A stretch of DNA of 64,000 nucleotides from an uncultured Planctomycetota bacterium (GTDB taxonomy: Bacteria; Planctomycetota; Planctomycetia; Isosphaerales; Isosphaeraceae), in contig CAWGMQ010000005.1 in the NCBI GenBank assembly GCA_963823665.1, forward strand, positions 1,536,001 to 1,600,000. Reading direction: 5' to 3'. Numbering within the stretch: position 1 is the stretch's first letter; each line of letters opens with the position of its first letter. The position numbers were made by a program, and so were the translations under genes. Below, one piece after another: positions 40,172-49,915 of the stretch. The notes beneath the pieces are model-generated. The model worked only from the letters and a program-made list of their open reading frames with translations, was not told the origin of the DNA and did no database searches.

Positions 40172-40798
40172 ATGAGTCGGTGGCAAACGCTTGCGCGGCT
40201 CGACGGGAGCCTCGCACTCCCGTCAACGCTTTCGGCGCCGGCCGGCGTGGAAGCACTTGAGCGGCACACCGCGGCTGAGATCGTCGCGATGGACAACGGG
40301 GCAACGGCCGCACCGACGGTCAGACGGTGGTCCTGGCTCGCCGATACGTACTGGTTCGTGCCGGTCAGGAATTTGCCTGCCGTGCTCTACAACAGCACAA
40401 CGGGGACTTTGCAATCAGTCAGGGATCAGACGGTCTATCGCATCGAGGCCTATTGGCTGGGCTATTTCTGGGGGGAAGCGGTCACTCAGCTCAATTCGTC
40501 GTCGCCAACCACTTCAACCACGGTTGGGTCCGTGACGCCTGAGGGCCGGGTGATGCTGACGTTCACTGAGGCGAGCAAGAATTCCAGCCCGTCGATTACC
40601 GAGGGATTCGGCGTGATGCAAAGGAAATTCGGCCAGTGGACCATGGAGAACCAGATGTTCACAGCGCCGAGTGAAACGCTTCAGATCGGGCACTGGGCGT
40701 ACATGGTGCAGACGCGGCCGGGGATGGCGAGCTGGAAGTCGCTGCCTTCGGTTGGCGAGTCAGTTCCTGCGTTCCTGAACCAAGGTGGCCGTTCTTGA
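40172..40798 (+). CDS. Conserved hypothetical protein, start uncertain
   Basis: Aromatic-rich globular sequence WSWLADTYWFVP...DQTVYRI..Y..GYFWG...GSVTPEG...MENQM...HWAYM. Confidence 0.65.
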   Translation: MSRWQTLARLDGSLALPSTLSAPAGVEALERHTAAEIVAMDNGATAAPTVRRWSWLADTYWFVPVRNLPAVLYNSTTGTLQSVRDQTVYRIEAYWLGYFWGEAVTQLNSSSPTTSTTVGSVTPEGRVMLTFTEASKNSSPSITEGFGVMQRKFGQWTMENQMFTAPSETLQIGHWAYMVQTRPGMASWKSLPSVGESVPAFLNQGGRS

Positions 40799-40923
40799 TG
40801 GCTTTGCCCTGGAGCTGTGAAGAAACCTGGTGTGCTGTTGCCAGCGTGTTCGCGCGCTCGTAGTATCGCGTGACAACAGCCGTGAATCACGGCCAGATTC
40901 GCCATGCACGAGCGACCAGCACC

Positions 40924-42111
40924 ATGGCCAGCGTCACGACCGGACTGGAGAATTGCCTGGAATCGCCGCCCAAGGTGCTTCGGGATGCTGCGCGGTTTGG
41001 CGTGCTCACGAACCAGGCGTCGGTGAACAGGAATTTCGAGTACAGCTCGACGCTGCTTGCCCGCCGGTTTCCCGGACGGCTTGCTGCACTGTTCACGCCG
41101 CAGCACGGGTTCTGGGGTGAGCAGCAGGAGAACATGATCGAAACCGGGCACGGCCGAGACGCCGTGCTCGGCGTGCCGGTCTACAGCCTCTACAGTGAGA
41201 CCAGGAAGCCCACGCTGGCGATGCTCCAGGGACTGGAGTGCCTTGTCATCGATCTGCAGAACGTCGGCACGCGGATCTACACGTTCGCCTGGACGATGAT
41301 GGCGTGCCTCGAGGCGTGTGCTGGCGCGGGAATTCCTGTGGTCGTGCTCGACCGCCCGAATCCGCTCGGCGGCAATTCCGTCGAGGGGCCGCGCCTCGAC
41401 CTGCATTACGCCAGCTTCGTGGGCCGGGCGGCCATTCCCATGAGGCACGGGCTGACAATGGGCGAGCTGGCGCGGTGGCTCAATGCCCAGCACAACATCC
41501 GGGCTGACCTCAGCGTTGTGAAGATGAGCGGGTGGCTCCGGCTTATGCTCTGGCCCGAGACCGGGCGAACCTGGGTGCTGACATCGCCTAACCTGCCGCG
41601 CTGGGAGGGCTGCCTTGTCTATCCGGGGCAGGTGCTGCTCGAAGGGACCAATGTGTCCGAAGGCCGGGGCACGACCACGCCGTTCGAGGTTCTTGGCGCG
41701 CCATTTGTCGACCCGATGAAGCTGCTCGCGGCGCTTGAGCCGTACAAGTTAGCGGGACTGCGCCTGCGACCGGTCCGGTTCCTTCCGACGTTCCATAAAT
41801 GGCGGGATAAGAGCTGCGGCGGCTTATACCTTCATGTCACCGACCCGGCGACTTTCGAGCCGGTGCGCACGACGCTGGCGCTCATCACGACGATCCGCAG
41901 GCTGTGGCCGAGCGAATTCGCCTGGCGTGATCCACCCTACGAGTACGAGACGGTGAAGCGGCCGATCGACATCCTCTTCGGCAATTGCAGGTTCCGCGAG
42001 GCGCTCGAAAGAAGCGCGGTCCAGACGCCCGCCGAGCTTGACGATCCGCTCTTTCTCGATAAGGCCGCCTGGCGCAATGGAGTGGCGGAGCATCTGCTTT
42101 ACGGCGACTGA
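40924..42111 (+). CDS. namZ: Exo-beta-N-acetylmuramidase NamZ (DUF1343) family
   Basis: LTNQAS, FTPQHG, VYSLY, DLQNVGTRIYTF, VLDRPNP, RHGLTMGELA, SPNLP, EGTNVSEGRGT. Confidence 0.9.
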   Translation: MASVTTGLENCLESPPKVLRDAARFGVLTNQASVNRNFEYSSTLLARRFPGRLAALFTPQHGFWGEQQENMIETGHGRDAVLGVPVYSLYSETRKPTLAMLQGLECLVIDLQNVGTRIYTFAWTMMACLEACAGAGIPVVVLDRPNPLGGNSVEGPRLDLHYASFVGRAAIPMRHGLTMGELARWLNAQHNIRADLSVVKMSGWLRLMLWPETGRTWVLTSPNLPRWEGCLVYPGQVLLEGTNVSEGRGTTTPFEVLGAPFVDPMKLLAALEPYKLAGLRLRPVRFLPTFHKWRDKSCGGLYLHVTDPATFEPVRTTLALITTIRRLWPSEFAWRDPPYEYETVKRPIDILFGNCRFREALERSAVQTPAELDDPLFLDKAAWRNGVAEHLLYGD

Positions 42112-42255
42112 TCGTGCTAGAGCCCGAACCCAATTTCCTGGTAAGGCTCGCCGGGTTTGTGCGAGCTGATCTGGATGGTCAGCTTCCGGACCAGCGTCGT
42201 GAAGCGACAGAGACCGTGGTCAGGTGACGAGTTGGAAATCTTCGGGGAGGAATGA

Positions 42256-43490
42256 GTGTCTGCGGATTACCAGCGCGAATACCTGGTCCGGCTACCGCTG
42301 CCGCTTGCCCAGTTATACAACCGGGCGCATAACGCCAAAGACGCCCGCGCGCGGTACGAGAACACGTTCTACTTGGGGCACCTCTGGGACCAGCTCGAGA
42401 AAGCCCGGCGCGACCGCCTGGCGTTGCTCGCGCTCTACCGGCGGATCAAGCACGGGGCCGACGGCGAGCCGGTGGGCGACCAGAGCTGTTCACTGCTGAA
42501 TGTGTTTGACGCCCTGGTGCAGTACCGCAACGACGTCATCGGCCACGGCGGCCCGAGGTTCGACTCGTTCTTCACGGGCGAGATGGGCCCGCTGCTCTTC
42601 CCGGCCGCCAACGAGATCCTCGCCGAGGGGACGTTCGACCCGCTCGGCCCGCGCGGGAGCCGCTTGGTCTACGCGAGCGCAGAGCTTCATCAACTCGACG
42701 AGGACCGTGTCGAGGTCGGGCTTCGCGAGCTGATCGGCAAGGACGGCGAACGCGCCTCGCCTATCCCATTGGGCCGTTCCCAAGCCGCCGCACTCTCCGG
42801 CCGGGTCGCCGTCATCTGGCCAGGTTGGCCGGTCCCGCTCCGGCTCGACCCGCTCTTGCTCTACCGCGAGGGAGAGCGGTCGAGCGACATGCTGTTCTTG
42901 AACCGCGACTTGAGCGGCCGGCAGGTCCAGTACCTCAACTACTCCACCGGCCGCCCTCATGCTGACTCCCGACGGCTCCCGTGTGGTCCTCATGGATTTT
43001 GGCCTCGCCAAAGGCCAGAGCCTCGACCTCACCTCCACCCGCTCCGGCGGCGTGCTGGGCACCTTGCGTTACGCCGCTCCCGAACAGCTCGCCGCCGCCA
43101 GCTTGAAAGTCGGCCCGACGGCCGACGGCCGCGGCCTTGGTGTCGTCCTCTGGGAGCTCTTGACCCGCCGCCGCTTGTTCGCCGATGCCGACGACGAGCG
43201 CGACCTGACCAATCGCATCTTTTACCAGGACGTGCCGCGACTGCGGTCGATCGACCCCTCGTTCGGTCGTGACCTGGATGCCATTGTCGCCCGCGCCGAC
43301 CGAGCGCCAGGCCCCCGACCGGATCGCCACCGCGGGGAAGTTCGCCGAATATCTCCAACTGTACCTGGGTGGTCTGCCCCTGCCAATCCGCCCGCCAACC
43401 ACGGCGGAAATGGTCGGCCGCTGGGTCCGCGCCCACAAGCCTCTGGTCGGGTCAACAGCGGCGGCGGCGCTGGTCATCACCGGCATGGAG
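42256..43490 (+). pseudogene. Fragmented Ser/Thr kinase with unknown N-terminal domain
   Basis: N-terminal YLVRLPLPLAQLYNRAHN...YRNDVIGHG; abrupt frame change near 42955 into kinase C-lobe LMDFGLAKG...GTLRYAAPEQ...GLGVVLWELLT; N-lobe and HRD absent; another shift near 43300. Confidence 0.75.
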
Positions 43491-43634
43491 ATCAACGAGC
43501 AAACGAGCGCCATCGAGCTCCTCGAGCGCCCCAAGGTGGCAAGAGCGCCGCCGCCAGTTAGACGCGATGGGCGGCCCGCCGACGCCGTAATCTACGAGAG
43601 CTTCGCGGCCGCGCGGGCACGCCAGCGTCGACTG

Positions 43635-46034
43635 CTAACGTGGGCTCCGGCCTGCGCGGCCGTTTGCTGCCAATTGTCTGCCTGGCTTGCGGACCGGAAT
43701 TCGGACAAGACGGAAGCCGATGTTCATGTTCTGGTATGACGGCGGGAGCCCTCCGGGTTCCCCCGCCCGGCAACTGTGGCTCGCGTCGCGCCAACTGCCG
43801 CCCCGGTCCACTCGGAGAGAGCCCTGCGCCGTGTCGGTCCATTGCCACACATTTCCGTGCATGTCGCAAAGACCCAATCTGTTCGAGGGATAGGCCCCCA
43901 CCCGTGTCGGCCGCATAAGCCATGGCCCCGCCGGCGCCTTGCCGAACGGCTCGTTGCCGTTGAAGTTCGCCATTGCCGACGACAAGTCGTTAGTTGGCTT
44001 ATCGAAGTAGAAGTGGTACGAGCATTCTTCCTTGGAAGTGGCTCCGGCCCGACAGGCGTATTCCCATTCCGCCTCACTCGGCATCCGGTACAAATAACCA
44101 CGCCCGACCTCTTTTTCATTCAGCTTCTTGATGAAGTTCCGGGCGTCATCCCACGACACATTTTCGACCGGAAACAGCTTCAGCTCCTCATCGGAGACGT
44201 CCAGAACCCAGTTCCTGCCGCCGTTCGCGCGAGAAAACCAGCTCGGGTTGTTGCCCATGATCGCCTCCCACTGCCCCTGCGTCACGTTATGTAGCGCAAT
44301 GTCGAAGTCCTCCTTGATCTCCGTCGCTTTCGCCGAACCCGGCTTCCCGTCCCAGCCCATGTAAAAGGTCCCCTTCGGCAGACGTACGAACGTCATCAGT
44401 ACGCTGTCGTCTCGCTCCCGCACCGCAGCGGGCGGTGAACAGCCCGTGCGGCCGATGGTCGCCTCCCGGCCCGGTTCCAGCCGTTCCTGGTGTAAGTTGG
44501 ACATGAACACGACCTGCACGTGCGCATCCGCGGCCACGGTCAGGCGGTCGTCGGGATAGAGCAGCGTTTGCGGCACCGGTCGGGTGCGGTCGCCGCGGGC
44601 GGAGTGCAGCTTGACGGCGCCGCGTGCCTCCAGGATCATGGCGGCGGGAATGGACCGGTCCAGGTTTCGGTTCACATTTTCGATGGCCGCCAGCAGCTCG
44701 TCGCGCAGCTCCGGTTGTTTGGCAAACTCGATCGGGATGCGCTGCTCGGCTTCGTTGCTGATCTGCCGGGCGGTTGTGGTGTTGCCCGCCCGAATGTCTT
44801 TGATGCGGAAGATTCTCACCAGGAAGTCGCGCGCCTTCCTGGCCTTGTCCGCTTCCCGCTGCGCCTTCTGCTCCCGGTCCAGAGCAACGACGGACAGAGC
44901 CGACAGGCAGACCATCGCCAGCAGCACTACGCCCAGGAGCGCCGTGAGGGCCGGCCGCCGCCGCGCCCATTTCCAGGTGCGCTCCGCCGCTCCGACCGCA
45001 CGCGCCCGGATCGGCTCGCCCGCCTGGAACCGCCGAAGGTCGTCAGCCAGGTCTTCGGCGCTTGAGTAACGCCGAGCCGGCACCTTGTTCAGGCACTTCA
45101 AGCAGATCGTCTCCAGGTCGCGCGGCACCCGTGCCCCCAGGCGCGACGGCGCCAGCGGCTCTCGCTCCAGCACTTGCTGCAGCGTCTCGAGGGTCGTTTC
45201 TGCATAGAACGGTGGCTGGTCCGTCAGGCACCAATACAGCAGCGCTCCCAGGCCGTACACGTCGGCCGCCGGTCCTGTGTCGTGGACCTTGCCAGCCGCC
45301 TGCTCGGGCGCCATATACGATGCTGTGCCCATGATCGCGCCCGACTGGCTCACGTCGCGGGCCTGGGCGTCGATGCGCTTGGCTAGACCGAAGTCGGTGA
45401 TCTTCGCCACTCGCTCCGGCCCGGCCAGCAGCACGTTGCCCGGCTTCAGGTCGCGATGGATCACCCCACGCAGATGCGCGTAGTGCATCGCCCGCGCCAG
45501 CGTCTCGATCAACCCGGCGGCCTCCCGCGGGGAGGGCCGCTGCTTCTTCCACTGCTGGGCGAGCGTGCCGCCGTCGCAGAACTCCAGCGAGAAGAACGGC
45601 TGGCCACGCACCTCGCCTGCCTCGTACAGTTGCACGATATGCGCGTGTTGCAGGCGGGCCACCGCTTCCGTCTCGATCTGGAAGCGCAGCCTTTCTGTTG
45701 GGCCGGCGTGCTCAAAGGCGCGGATCATCTTCAGCGCCACGATGCGGTTGGGCTGGAGCTGCCGGGCCTGGTAAACGACCGCCATGCCGCCGCGGCCCAA
45801 CTCGCCCAGGATCTCGTAGCCGGGCACTGCGGGCAAGGCGCACTGGGCAGCGGCACCTTCGGACCGCGGCGCGCCAAGCGGGGGCAGGTCCGGCATCGGC
45901 TCCGTCCGCCGCTGCAGCGCGCTCCGGCAGTCGGGACACTGCCAAAGATGGGCCTCGGCCTGATCCAGCTCATCGTCGGGCAACGTGCCGCCCAGGAGCC
46001 GGTGGATCTGCTCGTCGCACAGGTGCGTGCTCAT
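43635..46034 (-). CDS. Ser/Thr kinase with N-terminal zinc anti-sigma-like motif, TM helix and C-terminal FGE-sulfatase (CLec-fold) domain
   Basis: HLWQCPDC; ELGRGGMAVVY, VALKM, HRDLKPGN, DFGLAK, GTASYMAPEQ; TM ALLGVVLLAMVCLSAL; GTFYMG, PVENVSW, RMPSEAEWEYACRAG, DMHGNVWQW, RGGSW, IGFRL. Confidence 0.94.
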   Translation of the reverse strand: MSTHLCDEQIHRLLGGTLPDDELDQAEAHLWQCPDCRSALQRRTEPMPDLPPLGAPRSEGAAAQCALPAVPGYEILGELGRGGMAVVYQARQLQPNRIVALKMIRAFEHAGPTERLRFQIETEAVARLQHAHIVQLYEAGEVRGQPFFSLEFCDGGTLAQQWKKQRPSPREAAGLIETLARAMHYAHLRGVIHRDLKPGNVLLAGPERVAKITDFGLAKRIDAQARDVSQSGAIMGTASYMAPEQAAGKVHDTGPAADVYGLGALLYWCLTDQPPFYAETTLETLQQVLEREPLAPSRLGARVPRDLETICLKCLNKVPARRYSSAEDLADDLRRFQAGEPIRARAVGAAERTWKWARRRPALTALLGVVLLAMVCLSALSVVALDREQKAQREADKARKARDFLVRIFRIKDIRAGNTTTARQISNEAEQRIPIEFAKQPELRDELLAAIENVNRNLDRSIPAAMILEARGAVKLHSARGDRTRPVPQTLLYPDDRLTVAADAHVQVVFMSNLHQERLEPGREATIGRTGCSPPAAVRERDDSVLMTFVRLPKGTFYMGWDGKPGSAKATEIKEDFDIALHNVTQGQWEAIMGNNPSWFSRANGGRNWVLDVSDEELKLFPVENVSWDDARNFIKKLNEKEVGRGYLYRMPSEAEWEYACRAGATSKEECSYHFYFDKPTNDLSSAMANFNGNEPFGKAPAGPWLMRPTRVGAYPSNRLGLCDMHGNVWQWTDTAQGSLRVDRGGSWRDASHSCRAGEPGGLPPSYQNMNIGFRLVRIPVRKPGRQLAANGRAGRSPR

Positions 46035-46654
46035 GGCAAGGCACCGTCTCCAACGGAGGGGAGAGACTCAGCCTGCCCTTCCTCCTCCAGCAGCCGGCGC
46101 ACCCGGTCCCGGGCCTTGTACACACCCGAGAGCGTCAGACCGAGCTCGCGAGCCACCTCGCACACCTCGTGGCCCTGGAGGTACGTCCGGGTGAAGGCCT
46201 CCCAGGTGTGCGGTTGGACCCGGCCGCGGACGCGGGCACAGACCTGCTCGGCGCGCTCGCAGTCGGCCCGGAATTCTTCGTCGAGTTCGCCGGCCAGTTC
46301 GTCGATGCTGACGGGGTCGGGCCAGCACCGCAGGACGTCGCCGGCCGGCTGGCTCCAGCGCTGCCGGCGGGCAAAATCCACGACCTCGTTGCCGACCACC
46401 CGGCGCAGCCAGCCGCGGAAGGTGCCGGGGTCGTGCCGCCGGTATACACCGCGGGCCAGCCCGACGACCAGCTTGTGCAGCACGCGCGAAGCGATCTCCT
46501 CAGCATCGTCCGCTTGCAGCCCGCGGCACCAGCGGAGAATGCGCGGCCGGTACCGTACGACAAAGGCCCGCCACGCCTCCTCGTTGCCGCCGACGGCCAG
46601 GTAGGGCAGCAACTGCGTGGTCGCCAGTTCAGTTGGGCCGGGGGCTTCGCTCAT
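46031..46654 (-). CDS. ECF sigma factor, kinase-associated type
   Basis: EAWRAFVVRYRPRILRWC, GTFRGWLRRV, TWEAF, EVARELGLTLSGVYKARDRV; ATGA overlap with the kinase. Confidence 0.9.
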   Translation of the reverse strand: MSEAPGPTELATTQLLPYLAVGGNEEAWRAFVVRYRPRILRWCRGLQADDAEEIASRVLHKLVVGLARGVYRRHDPGTFRGWLRRVVGNEVVDFARRQRWSQPAGDVLRCWPDPVSIDELAGELDEEFRADCERAEQVCARVRGRVQPHTWEAFTRTYLQGHEVCEVARELGLTLSGVYKARDRVRRLLEEEGQAESLPSVGDGALP

Positions 46655-46849
46655 CGATTGCCCGCCTTCGCAGCTCCTTGGTAAGTACGCAGCGCATCAT
46701 CTAGATTAACACACCGTTTCTCGGCGCGTCCAACGGTTTCGTTATAAGAGTGGTGGACCGGGTGAGCCGCTGCAAAGCTGAGGCCTAGGGCCTGGTCGAC
46801 TTCATTTTGAAGAGGACGGTGTATCGTCCGTTGAAAAAGGAACCTGACC

Positions 46850-47860
46850 GTGACTTCACCCACTCCCGACCCCGATGTCTGGAAGTCTCCGTTCGAGGAG
46901 CTAATGGATCAGGACACGGCCTTGCGCGCCAACGGCTTCGGCGCCCTAGTCCGCACGCCGGATCCGACGATTGGAACACCCGGTGAGGACACCGCTTTCT
47001 GGGAAGGAAAGCAGCAGCGTCCGGACGATTGCGCGATCAAGTGTCAGCAATTCATCCTGGAGCAATTCACGGGCCATGCTGTCGCCGAAGACGACCTGGT
47101 TCGAGAGGCCTGGGAGCATGGCTGGTATGCGCCGGGCCGGGGAACATCGCCGGAGAACGTGGGCAACCTTCTCGAGCTGCACGGTGTCGGCGTGACACAC
47201 TACGAACACGCCAATCAGTTTCACCTCGCCAACGAGCTGGCCCAGGGGCACAAGGTCATGGTCGCGGTGGAGTCGGACTCCTTATGGAACCACAACCCGC
47301 TTCTCGAAGCCTGGCGAGACATGCTCGGCATTCACGGCAGCCCTGACCACGCCGTCGTTGTGTCCGGGATCGACACCAGCGATCCGAAGCATGTCCTTGT
47401 CCAGGTGAGTGATCCGGGCACGGGAGAGCCGCTGGCTAGCTACCCCATGGAGCAGTTCCTGGATGCCTGGCGCGGCAGCGATTTCTTCATGGTCGCCACC
47501 GAAGATCCCGCGCCCGCCCATCTGCCGGAGATGGCCAACTTCGATTACGCCCTCGGGCACATCCCCGATGTCGCGGGCCTGCCGTATAACCAGTTCCTGG
47601 AGTACGCCGATCATCCCATCACCTACGCGGACGTGATTCACGACCATGTCGAGCACGACGACGCTGGCCAACACCACCTGCATGATCCAGCGGCCGAACA
47701 ATATGGGGAGCACGCTGGCCATTTAGGCGCCGTGGACGGTCATTCCGTGGACTTTCACCACGACCTGGTGACGGACCCACACCACCACGATGCGAGCCAC
47801 GGCGATGCAGACATGGCAAACGATCTGCCCGACGAATACACGCATCACGACCTGGGCTGA
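46850..47860 (+). CDS. C39-like (papain-fold) cysteine peptidase with His/Asp-rich C-terminal tail
   Basis: QQRPDDCAIKCQ (Gln, Cys), GWY...GTS, DHAVVVSGID (His), VSDPG (Asp), FLDAW; no signal peptide; tail rich in H and D. Confidence 0.82.
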   Translation: MTSPTPDPDVWKSPFEELMDQDTALRANGFGALVRTPDPTIGTPGEDTAFWEGKQQRPDDCAIKCQQFILEQFTGHAVAEDDLVREAWEHGWYAPGRGTSPENVGNLLELHGVGVTHYEHANQFHLANELAQGHKVMVAVESDSLWNHNPLLEAWRDMLGIHGSPDHAVVVSGIDTSDPKHVLVQVSDPGTGEPLASYPMEQFLDAWRGSDFFMVATEDPAPAHLPEMANFDYALGHIPDVAGLPYNQFLEYADHPITYADVIHDHVEHDDAGQHHLHDPAAEQYGEHAGHLGAVDGHSVDFHHDLVTDPHHHDASHGDADMANDLPDEYTHHDLG

Positions 47861-47884
47861 TCGCGCCCGTCAATGAGGTAAACC

Positions 47885-49915
47885 ATGGCCCAGGCAAACC
47901 CGGTTTTGGATCGGGCGGAGGTGGTTCGCAAGAAGACCCTGGCGGCCCTGAGCTCTCTCACGGCGACGGCCAGAGCCTTTGGGCTGCCCGACCCAGCCCC
48001 CAACCTGGCGCAGTACGGCAAGAAGCTGGAGGAAAATACGTTTCAGGTGCTCGTCGTCGGCGAAGCGAAACGAGGCAAAAGCACGTTCGTCAATGCCCTG
48101 ATTGGCCGCGACATCCTGCCGACCGACGTGGACATTGCCACCAGCCAGGTCTTCCGGGTCGGCCACGCGGAGAGCGAAGCTTATCGGCTGCGCTTTGAAG
48201 ACGATTCGCAGAAGGACATCTCCGTTGCCGACCTGCATCTCTATGGCTCCCAGGGCGCGGCGGACGCGGGCGGCGCGCCGCGGCCCGACGAGAAGATCAT
48301 CCAGTGGATCGAAGTGGATGTGCCGGCGCAGTTCCTGCCGGCCAACGTGCGCATCCTCGACACGCCAGGCCTTGGAGCGCTCTACGCCGCTCACGAAAAG
48401 ATCACTTACGGCTTGGTGCCGCACGCCGACGCCGTCCTCTTCATCCTCGATTCACAGGCTCCCATTGGCGAGCCCGAAATCAAGCTCCTGAACCGGCTCC
48501 TGGAAGTGACGCGCAGTATCTTGTTCGTTCAGACGAAGATCGATCAGTTCCGCCGGGAAGCCTGGCAGGAGATCCAGAAACGGAACCAGGAGATCCTGGA
48601 GAAGAAATTCGGGGACCGCCTGGCGGACGTGCGGGTCTGGCCGATCTCCAGTATCAACCTGCGCAAGGCCGCCCAGACCGGCGATGAAGATTATTATATG
48701 GTGAGCCGCCACCGGGAGCTGGGTGCCGCATTGCAGGCATTCCTCTTTCGGGTGGCCGGCTGGAGTCGCTCGGTGGAAGCAATCCTGCTCGCCGCGCACG
48801 ACCAGGCGCTCTCCCGCCAGATCCTGACGACGCGGCTGGCTGCTTTGACCGAGGAGTCGAAACAGAAACGGGTGGAATTCCAGCAGCGGGCCCAGGAACG
48901 CCGCAAGCTGTTCGACGCGGACTGGGGCGATCGGGGACAGAAACGCCGCGAGTTGCTGGAGAGCATCCAGAGAACTGCCGCCATCGGCAAACAGTCGATT
49001 CGGAACGCCTTGCAACCCAGTGGCGATCTCGACAGGCTCTTCCGCGACCGGATCGAGGAGCTGACGGCTGCCCCGAACAGCACCGAGTTGGTCCGGTTGT
49101 CTCTGCCAAAAGCCTTCCGCGGAAGTAGCGGAAGAGATACGATCGCGGAGTGCGGGCAATTGCTCCGGTCCCTTCCTCAGGAGGTCGAAGCCGAAGCTCT
49201 CAAGCTCTGGCAGCAAGTGCGTCAAACGACCGAGGCCAAGTGCACCGAAGTGCTGGCCCCCTTCGCCCTTGCGGCGGAAGGAGTGATGCAAGCACCGGCC
49301 GCGACCCCGATGTCCTCACAACGGAGCTACGCCTCGACCTCGGATACTCAGCATGGGGTGGAGGAGATCGGGCTGAAGACGTTGCGCTTTCTGACCTCCG
49401 CGCGCGGCGCTTTGTCGTTGGTCGGCATCGCCACGTCTTTCTGGCCCGTGAGTGTGGTCGCGATCGTGGGCATGGGTCTTTCGACGATCGTCGTGGAGAA
49501 ACGAGCGCAGCTCCGGGCCGGGAAACACGAACTCATCTGTTCTCTTGGCGAACTGCTTCAACGGCTGAGAAACCATCTCCTGTTCGATGTGGACCAGACG
49601 GAGGGACGGTTCAACCGCGTGGACGAGTGCTTTAACTCGCTGGAACGATCCCTGGGCGAAGCGATTCGCACGCTTGCCTCGCGGAAACTGGCAGAGGCGC
49701 AGGAGGAAGTCGAACGGCTCGTGGAAGAGAGCCGGCTCGATGATCGAGCGCGCCAGGAGAAGGCCGCGGAAACAAAGCGCCAGTTGACCGACTGGGAACG
49801 AGTCGGATCTCTTCTCCAGGAAATTCACAACGAGCTAAAGGAGCTGGAGCACGCTCACGGGGTAGCAAAGGGCGGTCAGGCATCAGGTCAAGAGGGTCGG
49901 GTACAAGACAAATGA
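47885..49915 (+). CDS. Bacterial dynamin-like GTPase with hydrophobic paddle
   Basis: G1 VVGEAKRGKSTFVNALIG, G2 LPTDVDIAT, G3 LDTPG, G4 TKID; coiled-coil stalk; hydrophobic ALSLVGIATSFWPVSVVAIVGMGL. Confidence 0.92.
   Translation: MAQANPVLDRAEVVRKKTLAALSSLTATARAFGLPDPAPNLAQYGKKLEENTFQVLVVGEAKRGKSTFVNALIGRDILPTDVDIATSQVFRVGHAESEAYRLRFEDDSQKDISVADLHLYGSQGAADAGGAPRPDEKIIQWIEVDVPAQFLPANVRILDTPGLGALYAAHEKITYGLVPHADAVLFILDSQAPIGEPEIKLLNRLLEVTRSILFVQTKIDQFRREAWQEIQKRNQEILEKKFGDRLADVRVWPISSINLRKAAQTGDEDYYMVSRHRELGAALQAFLFRVAGWSRSVEAILLAAHDQALSRQILTTRLAALTEESKQKRVEFQQRAQERRKLFDADWGDRGQKRRELLESIQRTAAIGKQSIRNALQPSGDLDRLFRDRIEELTAAPNSTELVRLSLPKAFRGSSGRDTIAECGQLLRSLPQEVEAEALKLWQQVRQTTEAKCTEVLAPFALAAEGVMQAPAATPMSSQRSYASTSDTQHGVEEIGLKTLRFLTSARGALSLVGIATSFWPVSVVAIVGMGLSTIVVEKRAQLRAGKHELICSLGELLQRLRNHLLFDVDQTEGRFNRVDECFNSLERSLGEAIRTLASRKLAEAQEEVERLVEESRLDDRARQEKAAETKRQLTDWERVGSLLQEIHNELKELEHAHGVAKGGQASGQEGRVQDK

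Noticed and set aside
43690..43870. FGE-sulfatase C-terminus as a diversity-generating retroelement target
   Set aside because: No template repeat with adenine-specific differences and no reverse transcriptase seen in the window; a remote one cannot be excluded.
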